Virus record (IMG/VR): IMGVR_UViG_3300020416_000001
Span: 64,001-128,000 of that record
DNA from: a virus
DNA: 64,000 nucleotides
Direction: 5' to 3' (one strand)
Part shown: in pieces, positions 30,002-39,911 of the stretch
Numbering within the stretch: position 1 is the stretch's first letter
Layout of the letters: each line of letters starts with the position of its first letter
Notes under the pieces: generated by a model
The model's input: the letters and a program-made list of their open reading frames with translations, nothing else
What the model was told of the DNA's origin: nothing
Databases searched by the model: none
Made by a program: the position numbers and the translations under genes

Positions 30002-32782
30002 ATGGCATCTACCCAACTTTCACCAGGGGTCGTTGTACTTGAAAAGGATCTGACAACGGTTGCAAATGCGACCTTAGATAATGTTGCAGTGATAGTCGGT
30101 TCCTTTGAAAAGGGTCCTGTTAACAAAATTGTTGACATTACAAGTGAGAAAGAATTACTTTCTACATTTGGCAGACCAAATGATTTTAACTTCGAATACT
30201 GGTATTCAGCAGCACAGTTTTTATTGTACGGTGGTACATTAAAAGTTATTCGTGCAAACAGTTCTTCTCTTAAGAACGCTATTGACACAGCGCAGACTGT
30301 CGTCACTACATTCTCAGGAGCAGACACTACACTTACAGTCACATCAGCAACGGACTTCGCTACTAGCGATCTGATTCTGATCGACGCAGAAATTTTAAGA
30401 GTTACTAACGTTTCAGGTAATGACCTTACCGTTCAACGTGGACAACTTGCGACAGCAGCAACATCGCACGCTGCAGGCGCGAGCATCACCTTGATCGAAG
30501 AGTCAGGTAATAGCACAACAATGAACCAAGGCGGTACACTCGCTGCAGGTGGTACTTCATTGACTGTTACTTCTGTTGCTTCTCTTGCTGTTTCTATTAA
30601 CGACCACATCTTGATCTCTGACGAGATTCTCAAGGTGACTGGCATTTCAGGTAATGATCTTACTGTTGAGCGTGGTCAGTTGGAAACAACTGCTGCAGCA
30701 CAGACAGATGGTCAAACCGTTAAGCGTTTGGTTGTTACTGCAGGCAAGACAACAATCAATGAACAAACCTCTACTGGCGTAAGTGCTCCTCTTATCAGAA
30801 ACCTCGAAGAGTACGAGGGCAATGTAGAAGGTGCCTCTAACAACTGGAAGTGGGGTGCTAGGTTCCCAGGTCTTTACGGTAACTCACTAAGAGTTGTAAT
30901 GACTGACTGTGGTCCTGACCAAATCCTTTCACTTGCACAACCTACCACTGCTGAGTGGGAATTCGAAACTACAACTGATGTAACCTTTAGCGGTGCTAAT
31001 GCAGGAGCTAAGATCTACAGTTACAAGATCGTAGTTACTATGGATTCCGCATCCATCGCAGGTGACTTTGAGAACGGACAATACTGGAGGGCAGAAACAG
31101 ATGCTTCTTCACCTGTAAGTATTCCTGTTCAAGGTCAAGTGGTTGCATACGATCCTCTTACAAGAAAGATCGAGATTGATGTTAACTACTCACTCTCATC
31201 TGATGTACTTGAGGTTGGCGATGTAGTTGCTCTCTGGAGTGCAGAGACTGGCGGATCAAGAACTGGCGACAAAGGTAAGGTTGAAGCAATCGAAAGACAA
31301 CTTCTTACTATTACTAATCAGTCACAGGAAAGATTCGAAGCAAACTACACACTCTCTGACGACAACGCATCAGGTTCACCTAACGTTAACGTCGCAGCAG
31401 TAAGATCAGAATACGACGAAAGATTCTTCGGCGGAACACAGAAGTGGTCAAACGTTGCTCCTAGACCAGGCACTTCACCTTGGGTTTCAGATCGTGGTGG
31501 TTCTAAAGACCAAATGCACGTTCTTGTCCTTGATGGAGACGGCAAACTTACTGGCACACCTGGAGCAGTTCTTGAGAAGTTCCTCTTTGTATCTAAGTCA
31601 AACGACGCTAAAGGCGTTCAAGGCGAGACTATCTACTACAGAGAAGTTATTAAGAACAGATCACAATTTGTTTTCTGGGGTTCACACGAAACTGGAAGCA
31701 TCTTTGATAGAGATGCAGGTGCTAATGGAGACTTCGGTTCTTCAGGAGTATCAAGACATTTTGACTTGATCAAGCAAGCAGCAGCAATCAAGACAAACGA
31801 AACATCACTTGGTCGCGAGATCATCGGTACATCTGACGGTTCAACTCTTAAGTACAGTCTTCAAGGCGGTACTGACGGATACACCTTACAGAGATCTGAG
31901 ATCCTCGGTTCATATGACCTCGTTGCTGACAAAGAAACCATCGATGTAGATTACATCTTGATGGGTCCTTCAATGGCAGACACTAGCGATACAGTCGCTA
32001 AGGCACAGAAGATCATTGACATCGCTGCAACTCGTAAGGATTGCTTGGCATTCGTTTCACCTTCACGTAACGACGTGATCGGTCTTAGCGATACCAACGT
32101 GATTGTTAACAGAACTATTGATTACTTCAATAAACTCTCTAGCACATCATACGCAGTCTTCGATAACAACTACAAGTACATTTACGACAAGTACAACGAT
32201 AAGTACCGTTACATCCCTTGTAACGCTGACCTTGCAGGTCTAACACTTAGCGCAACTCTTAACTCAGAAGCGTGGTTCTCACCTGCAGGATTCAATAGAG
32301 GACAGTTGAGAAATGCAATCAAACTTTCTTACTCACCTCTTAAGGATCACAGAGATAGATTGTATGCTGCTCGTGTTAACCCAATCGTAGCATTCCCAGG
32401 TCAAGGCATCGTACTATTCGGTGACAAAACTGCTCTTGCTTACCAATCAGCATTCGACAGAATCAACGTTCGTCGCTTGTTCTTGGTACTCGAAGATGCT
32501 ATCTCTGAAGCAGCAAAGACTCAACTGTTCGAATTGAACGATGAGTTCACACGTGCTTCATTCAAGAATATCGTGGAACCATTCCTACGCAGTGTTCAAT
32601 CACGTAGAGGAATTATCGATTTCTTAGTTGTCTGCGACAGCAGCAACAACCCACCTGAGGCGATTGATAGAGGTGAGTTCTTCGCGGAGATCTTCGTGAA
32701 ACCAACACGCTCCATCAATTTCATCACCCTAACATTTACTGCTACTAGAACTGGTTCTAGTTTCAGTGAAGTAACATCCTGA
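30002..32782 (+). CDS. gp18: tail sheath protein gp18
   Basis: LSPGVVVLEKD, WFSPAGFNRG, FDRINVRRLF, FELNDEFTR, KPTRSINFI. Confidence 0.97.
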   Translation: MASTQLSPGVVVLEKDLTTVANATLDNVAVIVGSFEKGPVNKIVDITSEKELLSTFGRPNDFNFEYWYSAAQFLLYGGTLKVIRANSSSLKNAIDTAQTVVTTFSGADTTLTVTSATDFATSDLILIDAEILRVTNVSGNDLTVQRGQLATAATSHAAGASITLIEESGNSTTMNQGGTLAAGGTSLTVTSVASLAVSINDHILISDEILKVTGISGNDLTVERGQLETTAAAQTDGQTVKRLVVTAGKTTINEQTSTGVSAPLIRNLEEYEGNVEGASNNWKWGARFPGLYGNSLRVVMTDCGPDQILSLAQPTTAEWEFETTTDVTFSGANAGAKIYSYKIVVTMDSASIAGDFENGQYWRAETDASSPVSIPVQGQVVAYDPLTRKIEIDVNYSLSSDVLEVGDVVALWSAETGGSRTGDKGKVEAIERQLLTITNQSQERFEANYTLSDDNASGSPNVNVAAVRSEYDERFFGGTQKWSNVAPRPGTSPWVSDRGGSKDQMHVLVLDGDGKLTGTPGAVLEKFLFVSKSNDAKGVQGETIYYREVIKNRSQFVFWGSHETGSIFDRDAGANGDFGSSGVSRHFDLIKQAAAIKTNETSLGREIIGTSDGSTLKYSLQGGTDGYTLQRSEILGSYDLVADKETIDVDYILMGPSMADTSDTVAKAQKIIDIAATRKDCLAFVSPSRNDVIGLSDTNVIVNRTIDYFNKLSSTSYAVFDNNYKYIYDKYNDKYRYIPCNADLAGLTLSATLNSEAWFSPAGFNRGQLRNAIKLSYSPLKDHRDRLYAARVNPIVAFPGQGIVLFGDKTALAYQSAFDRINVRRLFLVLEDAISEAAKTQLFELNDEFTRASFKNIVEPFLRSVQSRRGIIDFLVVCDSSNNPPEAIDRGEFFAEIFVKPTRSINFITLTFTATRTGSSFSEVTS

Positions 32783-32810
32783 TTCAAGAGTCTAACTAGG
32801 AGTTAAAACA

Positions 32811-33488
32811 ATGGCAGAACAACAACCAGGACAGGTGGAACAGAGCGCAATCCGCGCTCCCATCTTTTCCTTTAGGGATCAAGTCAAAGACTTTGCCCGC
32901 CCCAATCTATTCCAATGCGAAATCTATGCACCCCCAATCCTACAGGATGGGGTAGCACCACAATCAGGTGGTGTTCTAGGATCTTCATTGGATACCGTCG
33001 AGAATGACGCAGGTGGATCACAACTTAACGCCTCCGAAGCATCCGCATTCGGTACCTTCCTTGTGAAGGCAGCAAACATTCCTGCATCAACTATTGGTGT
33101 TGTGGAAGTACCTTACAGAGGAAGAATCCTCAAGGTTGCAGGCGACAGAACATTCGAACCTTGGACTGTTACCGTATTGAACGATCAGTCATTCAAGTTC
33201 AGAGCGTTCTTCGAGTCTTGGTCAACAAACATTCAAGCACTACAGCAGAACTTCCAAAACTCTAACACCATCGCTGACTATCAAGCAATGGCAAAGGTTA
33301 GACAGATGGATAGAAAAGGTAAGATCATTCGTACATATAAGTTCGAAGGTATCTGGCCATCTAACATTTCTGCAATCGATCTTGACTGGGGAACCAACGA
33401 TACACCTGAGGAATACACAGTGGAATTCCAAGTTCAATACTGGACTTATGACACTGATGTCAATACAGGAAACAGTGATTCTGTTTAG
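32811..33488 (+). CDS. gp19: tail tube protein gp19
   Basis: ARPNLF, AGDRTFEPWTVTVLND, WPSNISAIDL. Confidence 0.95.
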   Translation: MAEQQPGQVEQSAIRAPIFSFRDQVKDFARPNLFQCEIYAPPILQDGVAPQSGGVLGSSLDTVENDAGGSQLNASEASAFGTFLVKAANIPASTIGVVEVPYRGRILKVAGDRTFEPWTVTVLNDQSFKFRAFFESWSTNIQALQQNFQNSNTIADYQAMAKVRQMDRKGKIIRTYKFEGIWPSNISAIDLDWGTNDTPEEYTVEFQVQYWTYDTDVNTGNSDSV

Positions 33489-33505
33489 TAGGGTTTTAGA
33501 ATCCG

Positions 33506-33513
33506 TATAAATA
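33506..33513 (+). promoter_or_regulatory. late promoter
   Basis: Exact TATAAATA. Confidence 0.85.
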
Positions 33514-33539
33514 GTTGGGATAGAAATTCTAATAATTAG

Positions 33540-35168
33540 ATGTCCCAACTTTTTGGTTATTCTCTTGAACGTGCCAAGAAGGACTCTGCGAAGGGTCCTT
33601 CTTTCGTGCGTAGAGAGTCAGATGATGCAGCGACACCAGTTGCAGGTGGTGGGTATTTTGGTACCGCCATCGATCTTGATGGAACATACAAAGACGAAAA
33701 TGATCTGATTCGTCGATACCGCGCTATGTCGATCCACCCTGAGTGTGATCGTGCTATTGATGATGTGGTTAATGAAGCAATCGCAGGTGAGTTAGATGAT
33801 ACTCCTGTTGACGTGGAGTTATCAAACCTCAAAGTCAGTTCCGCTATCAAGAAAAAGATTAGAGAGGAGTTCTTCAATATCCTCCGTCTTCTTGACTTTG
33901 ACAAGAAAGCATATGATATTTTCCGTCGTTGGTATATTGATGGAAAAATTTATTATCATAAAATGATTGATACCAAGAACCCTAGAGGTGGTATCACAGA
34001 ACTTAGATATATTGATCCAAGAAAAATCAGAAAGGTAATCGAACTAGAGCGTCCGAAGGATTCGGCAAAGTTCGTAGACCCTAGGACAATGGAAGCACAG
34101 ATTGCTCCTAAGTCCGCAGAGTATTACGTTTACAATCCTAAAGGTCTCCGAGCAATGGAGACTGCAGGTATCAAGGTTGCTCCTGATGCTATCGCTTTTG
34201 CCCACAGTGGGTTGAAGGATATGAACAAGAATGTGATTATGTCACATTTGCACAAGGCAATCAAAGCACTCAATCAACTTAGAATGATTGAAGACAGTCT
34301 TGTAATCTACAGACTATCACGTGCACCAGAACGTAGAATTTTCTATATCGATGTTGGTAATCTTCCTAAACAAAAGGCAGAGCAATACCTCCGCGAGGTT
34401 ATGTCACGTTATAGAAACAAATTAGTTTACAACGCAGACACAGGAGAGATCCGAGATGACAGAAAATTTATGTCAATGCTCGAAGATTTCTGGTTACCCA
34501 GAAGAGAAGGAGGAAGAGGAACTGAGATTACCACACTCCCAGGTGGACAGAATCTTGGTGAACTTGAAGATGTTAAGTATTTTCAGAAGAAACTTTATAG
34601 GGCGTTGAATGTACCTGAGTCACGTCTTGAATCAGAATCAACATTCAACCTAGGTCGCGCAGCAGAGATCACACGTGACGAGATTAAGTTCCAAAAGTTC
34701 GTAACTCGTTTGCGTAAAAAGTTCTCTGAACTTCTCCACGATCTCCTGAAGACTCAACTAATCCTGAAAGGTGTCATCTCCATTGAAGAGTGGGATGATA
34801 TGTCAGAGCACATTCAGTATGACTATGTTGCTGACAACTATTTCTCTGAACTTAAAGAGAAAGAGATCCTTACAGAGCGTCTAAACCTAGTTCAGACAAT
34901 GGATCCTTTCGTTGGCAGATACTTCTCCGCTGAATATATCCGTCGTCAAATCCTGAAACATACTGATTCAGAGATGGCGGAAATTGATGAGCAGATTGAA
35001 AAAGAGATCGAAGAAGGCAAGATCCCTGATCCTGCAGCGGTTGATCCTATGACAGGCGAACCTCTAGCAGGTGGAGAAATGGGAATGGAAGGTGAACTGC
35101 CCGAAGAGGAAGGTCCATCTGGCATTGAGTCTATCCCTCCTGCAGACTATAAACGCGGAGAATTCTAA
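33540..35168 (+). CDS. gp20: portal protein gp20
   Basis: RAPERRIFYIDVGNLPK, EDFWLPRREGGRGTEITTLPGG. Confidence 0.98.
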   Translation: MSQLFGYSLERAKKDSAKGPSFVRRESDDAATPVAGGGYFGTAIDLDGTYKDENDLIRRYRAMSIHPECDRAIDDVVNEAIAGELDDTPVDVELSNLKVSSAIKKKIREEFFNILRLLDFDKKAYDIFRRWYIDGKIYYHKMIDTKNPRGGITELRYIDPRKIRKVIELERPKDSAKFVDPRTMEAQIAPKSAEYYVYNPKGLRAMETAGIKVAPDAIAFAHSGLKDMNKNVIMSHLHKAIKALNQLRMIEDSLVIYRLSRAPERRIFYIDVGNLPKQKAEQYLREVMSRYRNKLVYNADTGEIRDDRKFMSMLEDFWLPRREGGRGTEITTLPGGQNLGELEDVKYFQKKLYRALNVPESRLESESTFNLGRAAEITRDEIKFQKFVTRLRKKFSELLHDLLKTQLILKGVISIEEWDDMSEHIQYDYVADNYFSELKEKEILTERLNLVQTMDPFVGRYFSAEYIRRQILKHTDSEMAEIDEQIEKEIEEGKIPDPAAVDPMTGEPLAGGEMGMEGELPEEEGPSGIESIPPADYKRGEF

Positions 35169-35171
35169 ATA
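35164..35171 (+). promoter_or_regulatory. late promoter
   Basis: TCTAAATA. Confidence 0.65.
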
Positions 35172-35194
35172 CTAGGTAACGAGAACATTTTATT

Positions 35195-35389
35195 ATGCCA
35201 TCCATTCAAGCACAAGAGATTGTCAACAAAATTTTTTCTGGGAACAAAGATCTCAGTTCAGAGGTTGATGATGCAATGAAAGCGGTTACTGCCGATGCTC
35301 TAGAAGCAAAGAAAAAGGAAATCGCAGGCGGTTGGATGAAACCCGAAACTACAGAGGAACCAAATGAAACTGATCACGGAACAGATTGA
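35195..35389 (+). CDS. small prohead core-like protein (gp67 position)
   Basis: Synteny between gp20 and gp21. Confidence 0.55.
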   Translation: MPSIQAQEIVNKIFSGNKDLSSEVDDAMKAVTADALEAKKKEIAGGWMKPETTEEPNETDHGTD

Positions 35390-36014
35390 AGACGTTCAGA
35401 TCCTCACTGAGGAAAAGAACGGCAAGAAAAATCTATACATAGAAGGAACTTTCTTACAAGGCGAGATTAAAAATCGCAATGGAAGAATGTACCCTATCAA
35501 CACACTCCGTCGTGAAGTTGATAAATATAACGAATCGTTTGTAAAGAACGGTCGCGCACTTGGAGAGTTGGGTCACCCTGACGGTCCTACTGTGAACCTT
35601 GATCGTGTCTCACACTTGATTACATCGCTTGTTCAAGAAGGTAATAACTTCAGAGGCAAGGCGAGAATCCTAGATACCCCTATGGGTAACATCGCCAAGA
35701 ACCTTTTAGGTGAAGGTGTGAAACTAGGAGTTTCCTCACGTGGCATTGGTTCACTCCAAGAAACTCGTGATGGATCAAAAGTAGTTGCTGATGATTTTAT
35801 GTTGGCAACCGCAGCAGATATTGTTGCTGACCCTTCAGCACCAGATGCTTTTGTTAATGGCATTATGGAAGGCAAAGAATGGATCTGGAATAACGGAATC
35901 ATTCAAGAGTCTGAAATTGCAAGTATGAAACAAAAGATTGACAATGCTGCGAACCACAAGATTCTTGAAGAGCGGAAGATTTCCGCGTTTTCAAAATTCT
36001 TAAACTCCCTGTGA
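35364..36014 (+). CDS. gp21: prohead protease gp21
   Basis: MKLITE, KNRNGRMYP, GELGHP, GVSSRGIGS, DIVADPSAPDA. Confidence 0.97.
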   Translation: MKLITEQIEDVQILTEEKNGKKNLYIEGTFLQGEIKNRNGRMYPINTLRREVDKYNESFVKNGRALGELGHPDGPTVNLDRVSHLITSLVQEGNNFRGKARILDTPMGNIAKNLLGEGVKLGVSSRGIGSLQETRDGSKVVADDFMLATAADIVADPSAPDAFVNGIMEGKEWIWNNGIIQESEIASMKQKIDNAANHKILEERKISAFSKFLNSL

Positions 36015-36015
36015 G

Positions 36016-36023
36016 TATAAATA
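36016..36023 (+). promoter_or_regulatory. late promoter
   Basis: Exact TATAAATA. Confidence 0.85.
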
Positions 36024-36063
36024 TTTTTACGAATAGCAAAGACTACTAACGGAGAAAACTCTA

Positions 36064-37056
36064 ATGTCACAAGAGAATGAAGTAATGGCATCCGAAGAAA
36101 AGCAGGAAGTCACCGAAGCAAAATTCGACGGTGCTGTTGCTGATGGTTCTTCTTTGGGTGGCGTTGAGGTACTCGGAGGTCCTACACCTCAGAACTCTAA
36201 ACCTGATGATGAGTCTAACAAACTGAAGACTCCATCACAAACCCAGGCAGCATCACCGAAGACAAAACCTTCTGCTGCTTCACCCCAGAAAGCGGAATCA
36301 GTAGAAGCAGAAAACGCTGAAGGAGATGAACTTATCGAAGTTGATCTTTCTGCAGACGTCGCTGCTCTTACAGAAGGCGAAGACCTTTCTGAGGAGTTCA
36401 AACAAAAGGCAGCAACAATCTTCGAAGCTGCTGTAGTCTCTCGTTTGAATGAGGAACTTGATCGTGTTCATAAAGAATACGCCGAGACTCTTTCAGAAGA
36501 GGTCGAAAGTATTAAGTCTTCCCTTGCCGAGCAAGTAGATGAGTATCTTACATATGCTGCTCAGCAATGGATGGACGCTAACCAACTCGCTGTTGAAACT
36601 GGTCTCAAAGCAGAGATCGCAGAGAGCGTAGTTAGCGGACTTAAAAAAGTTTTCGTCGAGAACCATATCGAGGTTCCCGAAGAAAAAGCAGACATCATCT
36701 CTGAGATGGTGACTGAACTTGATTCGATGGAAGCAAAACTCAACGAACAAATTGATAAGAACATTGCCCTCAACCACGAAGTTGCAGGTTATGTTAAGAA
36801 TGGAATCGTGAAGGAGATCGCAGAAGGTCTCGCATCTACCGAGAAGGAGAAACTTGAGTCTCTTTCAGAAGGTGTTGAGTTTGAAGATGAAGAGTCATTC
36901 CGCAGCAAAGTTGAGACTCTAAGAGAGTCGTATTTCAGCAGCAAGCCCCAGGCAGCAGCAGAAACGATTGCTGAGGATGTACAACCTGTTGTGGATACAG
37001 AAATGACGGATTCAATGTCTAAGTACGTTGATGCCCTCCGTCGTTGGACTAAGTGA
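36064..37056 (+). CDS. gp22: prohead scaffold gp22
   Basis: LSEEFKQKAATIFEAAV, VDEYLTY; acidic coiled coil. Confidence 0.95.
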   Translation: MSQENEVMASEEKQEVTEAKFDGAVADGSSLGGVEVLGGPTPQNSKPDDESNKLKTPSQTQAASPKTKPSAASPQKAESVEAENAEGDELIEVDLSADVAALTEGEDLSEEFKQKAATIFEAAVVSRLNEELDRVHKEYAETLSEEVESIKSSLAEQVDEYLTYAAQQWMDANQLAVETGLKAEIAESVVSGLKKVFVENHIEVPEEKADIISEMVTELDSMEAKLNEQIDKNIALNHEVAGYVKNGIVKEIAEGLASTEKEKLESLSEGVEFEDEESFRSKVETLRESYFSSKPQAAAETIAEDVQPVVDTEMTDSMSKYVDALRRWTK

Positions 37057-37105
37057 GTTAGTCATTAAACTATTTTTCCCTATAACCTAAAGAGGTAAAC
37101 AAGCA

Positions 37106-38470
37106 ATGTTCAAATCCGAACATCTGCAGGAGAAGTGGTCACCCGTTCTTAATTGTGAGGGTCTTGATTCCATCAAGGACAACTATAAGAAGGCGGTAAC
37201 CGCAATCTTGCTCGAAAACCAAGAATCATTTCTAAAAGAAGAGAGAGGAATCCTTACTGAGGCAGCACCTACAAACTCTACTGGATCTACAAGTTCAGTT
37301 GCAGGTTTCAGTGCAGACGCTACAGCAACTGGTCCTGTCGCAGGTTTCGACCCTGTTCTGATCTCCTTGATCAGACGTTCAATGCCTAAGCTTATTGCTT
37401 ATGACATTGCAGGCGTTCAACCTATGACTGGTCCTACTGGATTGATCTTCGCAATGAGATCTAGATTCGGTACAGACCGTGCTTCAGGTACAGAAGCATT
37501 CTACAACGAACCTGATTCTGACTTCACTGGTAGAGACGCTGCTCAAACTAGTGGATTCGGTTCTTCTACTGCACAGGCAGGTTCAAACCCAGGTCTTCTT
37601 AACGACTCTGGTACATACACAAACGGTACTGGAATGAGAACTGATGAGTCTGAGACTCTCGGTACTGGTTCTAACGCCTTCGCTGAAATGAACTTCAGCA
37701 TTGAGAAAGTTACTGTGACTGCGAAGTCCAGAGCACTCAAGGCAGAGTACAGTTTGGAACTAGCACAGGATCTTAAAGCAGTTCACGGACTTGACGCTGA
37801 ATCTGAGTTGGCAAACATCTTGTCTACTGAGGTTCTTGCTGAGATCAACCGTGAAGTTGTTAGAACTGTTTACAAGATCGCAAGACCTGGTGCTCAGTCA
37901 AACACAGCAACCGCAGGTATCTTCGACCTCGACGTTGACTCAAACGGCAGATGGTCTGTTGAGAAGTTCAAAGGTCTTCTCTTCAACATCGAAAGAGATA
38001 TGAACGCAATCGGGCACGAGACTCGTCGCGGGAAGGGTAACATCATCATCTGTTCTGCAGACGTTGCATCCGCCCTTTCAATGGCAGGCGTTCTTGACTA
38101 CACCCCTGCACTTTCTGGTAACAGCAACCTTCTTCCTGACGACAACTCCTCAACTCTTGCAGGTACGTTGAACGGTAGAATCAAGGTTTATGTTGACCCA
38201 TATTCTGCAAACGTAAGTGACAGACACTTCTACGTGGCAGGTTACAAAGGTAGTTCTGCATATGATGCAGGTCTGTTCTACTGTCCTTATGTTCCTCTCC
38301 AAATGGTTCGCGCCGTTGGTCAGGACACCTTCCAACCAAAAATCGGATTCAAGACAAGATACGGTCTTGTTTGCAATCCATTTGCTGAAGGTACAAATCA
38401 GGGTAGTGGTGCTCTTACTGCTAACGCTAACCGTTACTACAGACGTGTTCTTGTTGACAACCTTATGTAA
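37106..38470 (+). CDS. gp23: major capsid protein gp23
   Basis: GVQPMTGPTGLIFAMR, KSRALKAEYSLELAQDLKAVHGLDAE, FQPKIGFKTRYG. Confidence 0.99.
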   Translation: MFKSEHLQEKWSPVLNCEGLDSIKDNYKKAVTAILLENQESFLKEERGILTEAAPTNSTGSTSSVAGFSADATATGPVAGFDPVLISLIRRSMPKLIAYDIAGVQPMTGPTGLIFAMRSRFGTDRASGTEAFYNEPDSDFTGRDAAQTSGFGSSTAQAGSNPGLLNDSGTYTNGTGMRTDESETLGTGSNAFAEMNFSIEKVTVTAKSRALKAEYSLELAQDLKAVHGLDAESELANILSTEVLAEINREVVRTVYKIARPGAQSNTATAGIFDLDVDSNGRWSVEKFKGLLFNIERDMNAIGHETRRGKGNIIICSADVASALSMAGVLDYTPALSGNSNLLPDDNSSTLAGTLNGRIKVYVDPYSANVSDRHFYVAGYKGSSAYDAGLFYCPYVPLQMVRAVGQDTFQPKIGFKTRYGLVCNPFAEGTNQGSGALTANANRYYRRVLVDNLM

Positions 38471-38493
38471 GAAGTATATTCACTTCAACACAC

Positions 38494-38519
38494 AGAGACC
38501 CGCAAGGGTCTCTTTTTTT
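38494..38519 (+). terminator. Rho-independent terminator after gp23
   Basis: AGAGACCC-GCAA-GGGTCTCT followed by a T run. Confidence 0.92.
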
Positions 38520-38529
38520 ATGCAGTTTT

Positions 38530-38537
38530 AATAAATA
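38530..38537 (+). promoter_or_regulatory. late promoter
   Basis: AATAAATA directly after the terminator. Confidence 0.65.
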
Positions 38538-38565
38538 TTGGTAGTTACAATTTGGAGATTTGCCA

Positions 38566-38727
38566 ATGACCCATTACATTGTCGGGTATATGGACCATTC
38601 TCATAACCATCAAGAAATTGGTGTGACAGCAAAAGATTCTTTCGAAGCAAGAGATATTGCAGTAGAAGATGTACCATACATTCACGAACACCCGAACAGC
38701 ATCGATCATATTGGTAAAGTAGAATGA
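38566..38727 (+). CDS. 53-aa His-rich hypothetical protein (absent from the ORF track)
   Basis: GGAG RBS; MTHYIVGYMDHSHNHQEI...EDVPYIHEHPNSIDHI. Confidence 0.7.
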   Translation: MTHYIVGYMDHSHNHQEIGVTAKDSFEARDIAVEDVPYIHEHPNSIDHIGKVE

Positions 38728-38888
38728 ACGGCAGATTAAACAAAGTTGCAATGACCGATAGGTTGTTGAAACTGAAAAGGGAACTCGATTACAAATGTGA
38801 AATCGGGGAGAAAGGAGAGTGGGAATGTAGAGGTGCCAACGATTATCTAAACAAAGTGTTTGACGTTTTAGATGAGTTCTGGCAGTGA
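38724..38888 (+). CDS. 54-aa hypothetical protein (absent from the ORF track)
   Basis: ATGA overlap; MNGRLNKVAMTDRLLKLK...LNKVFDVLDEFWQ. Confidence 0.7.
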   Translation: MNGRLNKVAMTDRLLKLKRELDYKCEIGEKGEWECRGANDYLNKVFDVLDEFWQ

Positions 38889-38895
38889 CTAAATA
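38888..38895 (+). promoter_or_regulatory. late promoter
   Basis: ACTAAATA before gp3. Confidence 0.7.
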
Positions 38896-38924
38896 GAGAC
38901 AGGCGAACCCCACTAAAATAGATA

Positions 38925-39485
38925 ATGTCTTTCGAAACGCAAATTAGCAACAGGAATTTCCTTTCTCCAGGTGGGTTTCGCTTTACCTTAGCAAAATATC
39001 CTAAGGTAGCATACTTTGCACAGATGGCAAACATTCCGAACCTCTCGTTAAGTTTGCTTGAACAACCAACTCCATACAGAGACACCTATCTAGAAGGTGT
39101 TATCGACTATGGTCGTTTCAATCTCCAGTTTCTTGTAGACGAGAATATGGAGAACTATTTGATTATGCATAACTGGATGCGTGGTCTTGGTGTGCCTGAA
39201 AGATTCGAGGAGCGTCAACAGTTCATCGAAGCAAATCAGACTAACACCGCCAAGTCTCTAGGACAGGATTTGATTTTCGCAGACGGTACACTCGTTGTAT
39301 TGAACTCTAACTTCCAACCCTTGTATAATGTAGTCTTCAAAAATTTGAAACCAGTGGAACTTAGCACACTAGAGTTCGATGGAACGCTTAGTGACCAAGA
39401 GTATTTCCAAGCAATCGTATCATTTGATTACCTATCATATGAGATACAATCTGTATCTGGTGATAGACAGAAAAACTTAAAGTAA
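38925..39485 (+). CDS. gp3: tail completion protein gp3
   Basis: NRNFLSP.GF, FLVDENMENY..IHNW-like motif, FKNLKPVELS. Confidence 0.85.
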   Translation: MSFETQISNRNFLSPGGFRFTLAKYPKVAYFAQMANIPNLSLSLLEQPTPYRDTYLEGVIDYGRFNLQFLVDENMENYLIMHNWMRGLGVPERFEERQQFIEANQTNTAKSLGQDLIFADGTLVVLNSNFQPLYNVVFKNLKPVELSTLEFDGTLSDQEYFQAIVSFDYLSYEIQSVSGDRQKNLK

Positions 39486-39488
39486 ATT

Positions 39489-39911
39489 ATGGCGCTACTT
39501 GAAGAGTTGCAGGAGTCCTGGTCCAAGGACTCTATTTTTAATGAGGCAGATTTGGGAAATGAATCAATAAATATCCCCAGTCTCCACCAAAAGTATCACA
39601 TCTACTACAACAAATATAAACTAATCCTTGAGGATGAGAAACTAAAACTCAAGAGGATCTATCGCGAGCGGTGGTTATGGTACAGCGGAAAGAAAACTGA
39701 TGAGAAAGGTCAGGTGTATGACCTCAAGATATTGAAGGGAGATCTATCTACCTTCCTAGATTCTGATGAGGAGGTACAGAAACAATCTCTCAGAGTCACG
39801 TATTTTGAAACGTGTATAAATTATATTGAGAACATCCTTAAGATGATTAACAATCGCGGATTCCAAGTGAAGAATGCGATTGACGCAAAGAGGTATGAAT
39901 TCCCTATCTAA
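39489..39911 (+). CDS. uvsY: recombination mediator UvsY
   Basis: IPSLHQKY, YSGK, RGFQVKNAID. Confidence 0.9.
   Translation: MALLEELQESWSKDSIFNEADLGNESINIPSLHQKYHIYYNKYKLILEDEKLKLKRIYRERWLWYSGKKTDEKGQVYDLKILKGDLSTFLDSDEEVQKQSLRVTYFETCINYIENILKMINNRGFQVKNAIDAKRYEFPI

Noticed and set aside
38545-38913. 122-aa minus-strand ORF after gp23
   Set aside because: Two coupled plus-strand ORFs with an RBS and late promoter explain the region better
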